Program-made: the position numbers and the translations under genes
In this document: positions 38,490-48,775 of the stretch, piece after piece
Layout: the number at the start of each line of letters is the position of its first letter
Position numbering within the stretch: the first letter of the stretch is position 1
DNA from: Eledone cirrhosa
Taxonomy: Eukaryota
Length of the DNA: 64,000 bases
Reading direction: 5' to 3'
NCBI GenBank assembly: GCA_964016885.1
Contig: OZ024742.1
Location: 58,094,001 to 58,158,000, forward strand
The notes under the pieces: model-generated
What the model was told of the DNA's origin: nothing
What the model saw: only the letters and a program-made list of their open reading frames with translations
The model's database searches: none

Positions 38490-41400
38490 CTAAACTTCAG
38501 AGTTGGTACCATAAATGTAGGCACCTTAAAGGGTCGCTCTAACGAGGTTGTAGAAATGCTTGAACGTAAGGAGGTCGATGTTTGTTGTATTCAAGAGACC
38601 AGGTGGAGGGGTGGGTCTGCTAGATTCATTGAGGGTAAAAAACGATGCTATAAGCTTTTCTGGGTGGGAAATGACGATGGGCTGGGTGGAGTAGGAATCA
38701 TGGTAGCAGAAAAGTGGGCAGATAAGATAATAGACGTAAATAGAGTGAACGACACAATAATTAAAATAAGACTTGTCCTTAATAGAACTACGGTGACAGT
38801 AATATCTGCGTACGCACCCCAATCCGGACTGCCCGGCACTATAAAAGACAGATTCTATGAGACACTGATGCTCACTTCCTCCCAAATAACCGACAGTGAC
38901 TATATAATTATTGCAGGCGACCTAAATGGTTACGTTGGACAACATTGTGACGGCTACGACGAAATCCATGGAGGCTATGGGTTTGGTACTAGAAATGAGG
39001 AAGGCTCCAGAGTCCTGGAATTCTGTGACGCAAATAACCTAACTATCTGTAACACTAACTTCAAAAAACGTGACAATCACCTGATCACCTATAGATCCGG
39101 GGAACACACAAGCCAGGTAGATTATATCCTTACCAGAAGACGCGACAGAGTGTCTGTTGTAAACACTAAATCCCTCCCCCATGAAGAATGCACCTCCCAA
39201 CATAGACTGATAATTAGCGACCTCATAGTCAGGACGAGACGTACTCGACAGCAGAAGAGGACTATCCTCAGGAGAAAAATATGGAAGCTAAAGGACCCCA
39301 CAGCTAGAAATAAATTCCAAAGCATATTACTTGATGCTTTCGACAGTAAGGAAGAGCATTTAGAGTCGGACAATATAGAGGGACAGTGGGAATTCCTGAA
39401 GGCAAACCTGCTGATGGCGGCAGACGAAGTCTGTGGCTGGAGCAGGCCTGTAGGCAGGAGGAGAGTAACATGGTGGTGGAACAGTAAGGTGGAGGGGTCA
39501 ATTAAGGCCAAAAAGCAGGCTTGGAAAGTATGGCGGGATGGGGGAAGTAGAGAAGACTATCAAGTGGCCAGGAGGGAAGCTAGGATACAAGTGTACTTCG
39601 CAAGAAGGGAAGCAGAGGAAAGAAAGTTCAAGCATGTTCTACAACGCGAGGACCAAAAACGTGAGGTGTTCAGGATTGCTAGGCAATGTGTCAAGGAAAA
39701 CCGTGATATTGTCGGGGAGAAGTGTGTACTTAATGATGACGGCATACTTGCCATCACCGACGCTGATAAGAAGGTAGCTTGGAAGTGTCACTATGAAAGG
39801 CTACTAAATGAGGAGAATAAATGGGAGAAAGAGTCTCCCCCACATCGACCCAATAGAGGGACCAGCAGTGTTAGTCGAGGGTAGTATAATAAGTAAGGCA
39901 ATCAAGGATATGAAGACGGGTAAGGCGGCTGGGCCTTCGGAAATAGTTGCTGAGATGCTGAAGGCATCTGGCACGGTGGGACACACCATGGTCACCCGCA
40001 TAGTTAACCAAGTCGTACAGAATGGGGTTGTTCCGAAGGACTGGCATAGCAGCATCATCGTTAACTGTTATAAGGGTAAAGGAGATGCCCTAAATAGGAG
40101 TAACTATAGAGGCATTAAATTAATCGACCAGGTCATGAAGGTCACGGAAAAAGTAATAGCGCAACTAATCAGAGAGAGAATTGACCTAGATGAAATGCAG
40201 TTCGGGTTTGTGTCAGGCAAAAGTACCACAGACGTTCTTTTCATTGTACGACAACTACAGGAGAAGTACCTAGCTAAAAGTAAACCCCTCTACTTAGCTT
40301 TTGTCGACTTGGAGAAAGCCTTCGACAGAGTCCCCCGTTCCATTATCTGGTGGGCCCTTAGAAAACTAGGTGTCGACGAATGGCTTGTGAGAGCTATACA
40401 AGCCATGTATAAAGAAACAGTCAGCAAGGTTAGAATTAACAACGAATATAGTGAAGAGTTTAGCGTAAAAGTTGGCGTCCATCAGGGCTCTGTTCTCAGC
40501 CCCCTACTATTTATTATTGCCCTTCAGGCTATAACAGAGGAGTTCAAGACCGGCTGCCCATGGGAACTCCTATACGCAGACGACCTAACACTCATAGCTG
40601 AATCAATGGCCGAGCTAGAGAAGAAATTCCAAACATGGAAGCACGGCCTAGAATCAAAAGGCCTTAAAATTAATCTGGCTAAGACCAAAGTTCTAGTTTG
40701 TAGGAAAGAAAATAAGGCGGCGGTCCCTTCCGGGAAGTGGCCATGCTCAGTGTGTAGGAAAGGCGTAGGTAGAAACTCCATTTTGTGTCAGAAATGCAAA
40801 GTATGGGTGCATAAAAGATGTAGTGGGATCACAGGTAAGCTAACTAAGAACATAGATTTCACATGTGGCCGGTGCTCTGGTGCAATAAGTAGCAGCAAGT
40901 GCCCACAAAATACTAGCTCTTTCAACTGCGCAGAGGGCTCTATAGAAATAGTGGACAGCTTCCGTTACCTGGGTGACAAAATCAGCAGTGGGGGAGGGTG
41001 CTCTGAAAGTACAGTAGCTAGAGTCAGAACTGGATGGAAAAAGTTCAGAGAGCTTATACCACTATTAGCCACTAAAGGGTTCTCCCTAAAAACAAAAGGC
41101 AGGTTGTATGATGCCTGCATACGAACAGCAATGTTGCATGGCAGTGAGACCTGGGCATTGTGTGCAGAGGATATACGCAGACTAGAGAGGAACGAAGCTT
41201 GCATGCTCCGCTGGATGTGTAATAGTAATATACGTGAACGGCAAAGCATAAACGAACTAAAGAAAAAACTAGAAATAAGAGGGATCAGATGTTGTTTACT
41301 TGAGAGAAGGCTACATTGGTATGGACACGTGATGCGCATGAAAGTCGATAGCTGTATAACAAAGTGCAGGGCAATAAAGATAGACGGTAGCCACGGAATA

Positions 41401-41910
41401 GGCAGACCTAGAAAAACCTGGGACGAGCTGATAAACTCCGACCTCACACACTTACACCTCTCCAAGACAATGTCACTGGACCGAGACCTTTGGCGGTACT
41501 CAGTAATAGAGAAGACCCGCCTTACCTAAATACATAGTAAAACCTACTACAGTCAGTAGGCATCTCTAACAAAATACACCCCCGTCCCACCACCCCCACC
41601 CCATTCTATGTAAAGTTATGTTGGTGCCACACCATCCAGGCCGAAACAAATGATCGTGTAGGTGTCACGACAAAAAACACACAGTCCACGCTGTAATGTG
41701 GCCGTGTAGGCAACACGGTAAAAACCTCCCAGACCGACACTGTAAATGTGGTTGGTGTTAGGAAGGGCATCCAACTGTAGAAAACCTGCCAGACAGTCCT
41801 ATGCGAGCAAGACAATCACTCTTGCCTCAAGTGGGAAAACCCCCGTCCAAACCCATGCAAGCGTGGAACACGGACGTTAAACGTTGATGATGATGATGAT
41901 GATGATGATA
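38490..41910 (+). mobile_element. Near-intact RTE-clade LINE (APE EN-RT ORF with one frameshift near 39840, 3' UTR, (GAT)n tail)
   Basis: ORFs 38556-39884 and 39808-41529: VGTINV, CIQETRW, SAYAPQ, GDLNG, VDYIL, QH, NYRGIKL, QFGF, GVHQGSVLSP, YADD; tail GGACGTTAAACG(TGA)n. Confidence 0.96.
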
Positions 41911-41914
41911 TATA

Positions 41915-42800
41915 TAATTAAAAATTCGGACTTCTTTAAGTTTAGTTATAAGGTCGGTTGATACTTTAGGCACTCAAACTATTTAACAATAAATTCTTTA
42001 ATAATTATAACTATAATTATTTTACAAATTATATTATAGAAACTGTTGTCAATATTATAAATAATTTTAGTATAGATTACCTTTGTGAAGATAGAAAAAC
42101 ATTATATGTATTTTCTTAAATTTTTAAATTTGTTTTCATAAAATTTGAATTTTAGAAATTAAACATAATTATATTATAATATTAATACAAATATCTATTA
42201 ACTTTTAAAACCTAAAATATTATTCATTACCCTGAAATAACTTAAATTTAATATTTTGAAAATTAACCGCCAACTATATTATTTTGGACATGTGTTACAA
42301 ATATCGAAATCTGTGTATATAAACTTGAACATAAATTACTCCCCTTTGTCTCACTCTCTCTTTAATCATATTTCATCTGTTTTTTCAAGCCACCTACTAA
42401 ACATATTATCACATCAGCTGTTTCTTCCTCTATGCTTTCCTTTCCCTCCTCTTTCTCCAGTAGTTTTTAAAATTTAAAAAAATTTATAACTGTTATATTG
42501 ATGCCATATATTTCTTAAACTCTACACGCACCCTCTCTATTGTTTGTATTATGTTATCTCATCTTCTCAATATTAGGGTATAAATATTGAGTTTTGTCAT
42601 AAGTTAATCACTACCATGACTAAATCTTAACCATCTAATATGTCAGGGTATGTCATGTATCATTTTATTTTATCTGATGAGGACGTACTGTTGAACTTAA
42701 CTCAGTACCTCTGAAATATGTATAATAAAATATAATTGATCACAAGAATATCTATTTCGTTAATATTTTGAATTAATATATATATATATATATTAATTCA
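41915..42800 (+). mobile_element. AT-rich PLE-type 3' or pseudo-LTR region
   Basis: Contains a canonical hammerhead and ends in a (TA)n-centred palindrome (AATATTTTGAATTAATA..TATTAATTCAAAATATT). Confidence 0.55.
42662..42735 (+). ncRNA. Minimal type I hammerhead ribozyme
   Basis: Stem I ATTTTAT/ATAAAAT; CTGATGA (42674); stem II GTACTG/CAGTAC; GAAA (42713); short quasi-palindromic stem III; AUA cleavage triplet. Confidence 0.75.
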
Positions 42801-42887
42801 AAATATTGTAAATAAAACGAGTAAATCAGACAAAGTTGGAATTCCTTTTATTAATATAATCTTCTATACACAATCATACACACCCGT

Positions 42888-42917
42888 GTATATCTATCTA
42901 TCTATCTATCTATCTAT
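42888..42917. repeat. (TATC)n microsatellite, target site at the head of the Tx1 array
   Basis: GTATATCTATCTATCTATCTATCTATCTAT. Confidence 0.95.
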
Positions 42918-42924
42918 ATAATCT

Positions 42925-45900
42925 AGCTGTCGTCTGTTCTACAGTGTGGATGTAATTCACTTCGTGCAGAAGTTTTGTTCAAATTTATTGCGGAAATTTT
43001 GTGAGTTCAAATTTAATTTTGATACTATTGTGTAGCTTGACCCCCCGTCTGAACTGTCAGGCGGTGGGTCAACTCATCTTTACCCCTCCTAGAGGTGAAA
43101 AACCTATTTTAAAAAATTTTGTGGCAAAAAAAGTTCAATCGTCTGACAGAAATGTTAAACGAAGCGAACGAAAATAGTGGTGGGGGGACAGCGGTAAGAG
43201 TTGTAAGCTCGCACGCTTTAGTCCCCCCTTCCTTCCCAACTAACGTCATAGAGAAGGAAGGAAAAATTAAAATAAAAACAGACGAATCTGCGGAGAAAAA
43301 AAATGATGAAAACACAAATCTGGACATGGATTCCAACAACGAAAAAAAAAAATTTGAAAAATTGCCTGACAATACTAACACCACAAACAAAGACACAACA
43401 AACACAAAAATAACATTTGAAAATAACACCATAACAGAAAGCAAAGCAGACGACAGAGTCAAGATTTCATTTGCACAAACAACAAAGAAATCTTTGACAT
43501 ATGTAGCCGAAAATATTTCAGATGTGGCACGAAGAATCACAGACGCCAAACAATACATAAGTGAAGGAGAGAATGGTATTTTATCGGTAAAAATGCCTCA
43601 AGAACTCACCAAAGACATTGAAAGTCGAACGGTCGTGTTCCGCACCATTAACAACATTTCTAAAAAACCTGAACAGCCTTCTCAAGCAGATATCAAAACA
43701 GTACTCACAGAAGTACTTAATGAAACCACTTTCGTAAGAAAAGACAGACTGTATGGAAGCCTAGCAATTATCATGAAGAACGAATCGGCGGCAAAAAAAT
43801 GTGCTTTGTCACCGATTCGTTCGAAAAATTTTACCTTTTATCCATCTTATATGGGTAAAAGAACTCAACGCATATGGCTGAATGCAATGATGCCAGATGT
43901 GGACTACTGCTGGCTCATAGCTGGCTTCATCGATCCAGTGAATGACAACGTGATTTCCATTGGGAAAAACCACAGGCAATGCGTTCAGTGGAACAGGAAT
44001 AGAGCTGGTAGTGCAAATGAAGCCTGAACGCATCGCCCAAATACCCGACAGAATCCTATTAGAGGGCCATGGGTATATAAACATTAGCGTGGAGGGGAGA
44101 AGGCTGTCCTGTCATATCTGTGCAGGCAGAGGACACCTGAAGGCCGCTTGTCCCCAACTCAACAAAAAGAAAACCCTGCTACCAACACCAGCTCCACCAC
44201 CACAACAGATAAACAAACAACAAAACTCAGTCCCACCCAACCCGTCCCTCAGTAAAACTACACCACCACCACAACACAAACAGTCACAACACATTACCCC
44301 AAAACAAAATACAGGCCCACCCAACCCCTCACTCAATAAAACAACACAACCACCGCAGACACAACACACAACACAGTCTAACATAGTGACATCCATCTCC
44401 CCCACAAAGAAAACCAACACGGAAACATTACCAGCAAACATACCTCTTCCCTCCAACACTGAAGATAACCCAATGAATTCGGAGGAAGAAACGGAGTCCT
44501 TCAGACAGATTAAAAGGAAAAAAAGAAAACATGTGCAAAACACACAAGGCCAAACAAACCCCACCCAAATGTCAACACAATCCAACAAAACAGAAAACAC
44601 CCCTCCAGCAACAAACAAAACCAAACCTGCCCCTCCCCTCTTCGAAACACTCACACCATCCGAGAAAAAGACATTACACTATACTTACACCAACAGAAAC
44701 AATAATAAATTAAATGAACTCATGTACAATAATCCTTCGGTACAAACCGAAGGTGTAAACTTTGTTTCTTCAGAAAACTACCCACATTTAAAATTAATAA
44801 AGATCCCAATGAACCTCTACCAAAAACTAAAAAAGGATTTTAAGGAGGACGTAGGACCACCCTCTGTCAAACCCATAAACCGCGTCCTACTAAAAAGCTT
44901 TCCCCCTCCCCTTCCCCTCCCCAACACAACTCCAAACACCCCAACCCCACCACACACTGACGACCCCACACCACCACAAGACACCCCTTCACCCAACACC
45001 CCCGACCCCATGGAAGTCGTGCGACCCGAACCCCGGGAAGCGGAAAGGTAGGTCTCTACACTCTCCTTTGGCTCTGCCGCCCACATGGATGTGTTAAGAG
45101 TAGGATGTTTAAATGCACGTGGCCTGGGCTCAACTTGGAAGCAAGCAAAGCTTCTAAATGACCTCAGGTCATGTGGTATAAATGTAATGATTATCTGTGA
45201 GACTCGGATCAGCGTCGTGCGGCAGCTGGCCCCTACCTTCGATGACTTTGAGGTGCATGCATCTCTCTGTCAACCTGGAGGTGGGGGTGGGGTTGTCGTA
45301 CTGCTGCAAAAACACCTGGGTCTTGCCGTACAGGTTGTTCACTCGGACCCGGAGGGTCGTTTGTTGGTGCTAGACGTTGGTAGTAGTGAAGGTGCGGCCT
45401 TAAGACTGGTAGCCGTCTACTCCCCTTTCGGAGCTGAACGGTCCGACTTCTTCCAGCGTTTAGAGACTTTTCTGGGAACGTCGCGTTCCCTGCTTCTAGC
45501 GGGGGATTGGAATGACATCCTAGATGCACGTTGGGACTATGCAGGAGCATGTCCTAATAGAGGGGGGTGTAACAGCCTCAAGGGGTTACTCGACTGTTTT
45601 AACTTGGTCGATAGATATCGACTAGATTTTCCAACTGTGCCTACCTGGACTTGGAGAAACCACAGTGGTCAATCTAGATCGTACTTAGATAGATTCTTAG
45701 TTAGAAGTAAGGATAGGGACATATTAAGCTGTCCAGAAATGCGCACGGTTGGCTACACGGATCACAAATTAGTGACCTGCGTAGTCAATCTCGAGAAAAC
45801 ACATAAACAGGGTCCCGGTTACTGGAAACTTAATTTGTCTTTACCGGCAAAAGAGACTTACAGAAACCGGATTAGCAGATTAGTTAAGGAGAGGTTGACG

Positions 45901-48740
45901 GGTGCAATCGTCAACAACCGATGGTGGGCATCTCTCAAAAGAGAGATTAAAACAGAATCAATAAGTTATAGCAAGATGTTAGCTGCCGATAGGAATAGAA
46001 ACGAGAAAGAATTAACAGGTAAATTAGAAGAGGCAATCAAGAGCGAAGATGTGGCCAGAGTGCTGGCATCGAGGACGGCCTTGAACCAGTTTTTCGATGC
46101 AAAGCACGAAGGCTGCGTCATTCGAAGTAAAATACGTGCTCTAGGTAATGAGGGGGCCAAAGCCGTTGGCTGGGCCCGCGTGACATAAGCTAAGAGTGGA
46201 AATCGATCCACCATCCTGTCGTTGCAAGACAAAGATGGACGGGTGATCCGGGAGCCTAAGCAGATGTGCGAGGCCTTTCAAAGTCACTTTGCCCGATTGT
46301 TCGGGGGAGGCGAGGGTCCGGGCGGGGGCGTGGATTTCGGTCCATACCTCGACGGCCTGCCGCGTCTCTCGAGCGAAGAGGCAGAGTCCTGCGAGGGACC
46401 AATCTCGGCTGATGAGATCGGAGATGCGCTGAGCCAATGCAGCAGACGCAAATCTCCAGGTCTCGATGGTATACCTTACGAACTTTATTTAGCAATGCCG
46501 GTCTTCTTCTTCGAACTCCTCGAAGCGGTCTACTGCAATTGGCAGCAGAACGGGAGAATTCCTTGTTCTGTAGCCAAGGGCGTAGTCACGCTGGTGAGGA
46601 AGGACGAGAACAAGGGAGATAGTATAAATAATTTTCGGCCCATAAACCCTGCTAAACACAGAGTTAAAGATTTTGGCCAAGGTGTTAGCAAAGAGGTTGG
46701 CGCTTGTTGTGGGTGGCCTGGTGGGAGATGCGCAGACATGTGCTATCCCATCCAGGTCCATTCACGATAACCTCCACCTCATGCGATACATCATAGAGAG
46801 GGTTGGCAACAAACCCGGCTTCGGTGGGGCCCTGATCAACTTGGATCAGTCTAAGGCCTTCGATAGGGTCGACCATGGTTACCTGGATGCGGTGCTAGTG
46901 GCGGCTGGGTTCGGTCCTGTTTTCAGAGGCTGGATCACTGCCTTACATAGCAACCACATCTGTTCTAGGATCAAGGTGAACGGCTACCTTTCGAAGCCGT
47001 TCGAAATCACACGATCCATTCGACAGGGGTGCCCTCTCTCCTCCCTTCTGTACGTATTGACTCTCGAGCCTTTACTGAGGAAGTTGGTGTTGTTGCAGGG
47101 TATCCCCCTGGAACAAGGATTGAGCAAAGCGGTGTCGGCCTACGCCGATGACGTAACAGTAATGGTATCGACCGACTCGAAGATCGAGGCGATCGGTACC
47201 TTACTGGAGGATTACGAAAGGTTGTCAGGAGCGAAACTGAACCGGGAAAAATCCATCGGGCTGCAACTCGGAACGTGTAGAGGCAGACCGATGCCTCCCG
47301 ACGGTGTCGTCGGACACTGGACGGAGGGCCCGGTGAAGTTGCTTGGGGTCTGGTTTGGACCGGACCTCCAGGTGGAAAAGAACTGGAACGAGGTTACGAA
47401 CAAGGTGTTTGCACTAACCCAGAAATGGGCCAAGTGTAAGCTGTCCCTAAAAGGCCGGGCGGAGGTGGTGAACATTTACATAGCGTCCGTCACTTACTAC
47501 CGCCTGACTGTCGTGCCTTGCCCTAAGGAAACACTCACCACCATGGAACGCATGCTCTTCCAATTTCTTTGGAAGAAGCGCCCTCCTATGGTGAGAAGAT
47601 CCATCTGCTGCCAACAACCTTCGAAAGGAGGGCTGGGGATGCCGTGGTTGATGATGCGTAGGCACGCATTAAGGCTACGGCACCTACAGGTATTCCTCAC
47701 TGGTCAACCGGTGTGGGCTCCGTTCGTGAAACGAGCCTTTCCGAGACTCGTCTCGCTCACCGAGCTACAGTCCTGGGTCAAGCAAAGATCCGGAAAACTG
47801 GGAGACTGGCACACTGAGTGTACTCAGGCGCTCAGGGCTCTCTGGCAAGCAGGCCAGGCCATCGGTGGAGAATCCACCTCATCATTCTATAGAGGGCTGG
47901 TGGCTAGCAGGGGCGATGACACCCTTGGAGAGTCGCTAGACATGGAGGAAGACGAACTGGCCAGCCTGTTCGGTAGGACTTTCGGCCCAGGACCAATGGA
48001 CAACTTCCAGAAGTCACTGGCCTGGCAGTGCTACCAAGGGGCTCTACCCGTTCGAGAGAGGCTCTACAGACACGGGCGCCCGGGCAGGGATCCCTCAAAA
48101 AAGATTTGCCCTAGATGCGTGCATCACGAAGAAACCGTTGCGCACGCATTGGTGCAATGTCCGGGCGTGGCTGATCTGTGGGGCTACGCCGAACGACTGC
48201 TGTCGCGGGTGGCGCCGATTCAATTGACCGCCGAGTCCGTGATGACAATCAAGCCGCCTCCCCTCTTCACAAAGGAAGCAAAGGCGATTTTTCTGTGTGT
48301 AATAGCCATGTTGAAAGAGGTTGTTTGGTGGACACGATTGAAAGGTCTGAGGTCAGGCAACTTCCTCTCTGGCCAGAGTCTGGTCTACTTCTTCCGATAT
48401 CACTTCGGAAGAAGGATAAGAATGGAGAGAGAGGTGCTTGGCCACAGGCAGTTTTATGAAAGGTGAGTGATAGTGGCGAGAATGGCTCGTGTAAATGGGC
48501 CTTCTCTGTATACCATCCTGTAGGTAATGAAGTAAAGGAGAGGGGAGCACCTTCTCCATGTGCTCCCCGGGCAAAGGATTGCACACTTTTTCGGGGGTGT
48601 GTGCAACCCCCATCACGTCCCCTCCCTTTTGAGGTTATTTTCGATTATTTTCATGTTATACCCTTTTTACTCGATTGTATGTAAACTCCCCCCTTTGTAT
48701 TTGTCCCTTCTTTTTATGCCTTTATGGTAAATAAAGAAAT
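42925..48740 (+). mobile_element. Tx1/L1-clade LINE copy E1, full-length (ORF1 about 43150-45051, ORF2 45085-48523)
   Basis: ORF1 has a CCHC knuckle CHICAGRGHLKAAC and one frameshift; ORF2 has APE (LNARGL, GDWN, YLDRF, TDH, GYWKLN), RT (SPGLDG, DQSKAFDRV, RQGCPLS, YADD) and a C-terminal CPRC..ETVAHAL..C; 2 stops and 1 frameshift; AATAAA at 48730. Confidence 0.95.
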
Positions 48741-48741
48741 A

Positions 48742-48775
<34 letters not shown>

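Noticed and set aside
38556-39884. CFDP2-like host gene
   Set aside because: It is the APE endonuclease of the RTE element and is continuous with the RT
45052-45084. ORF1-ORF2 stop-codon readthrough
   Set aside because: Spacers are in frame in E1 (33 nt) and E2 (24 nt) but not E5 (41 nt), and ORF2 has its own good-context ATG; evidence is insufficient
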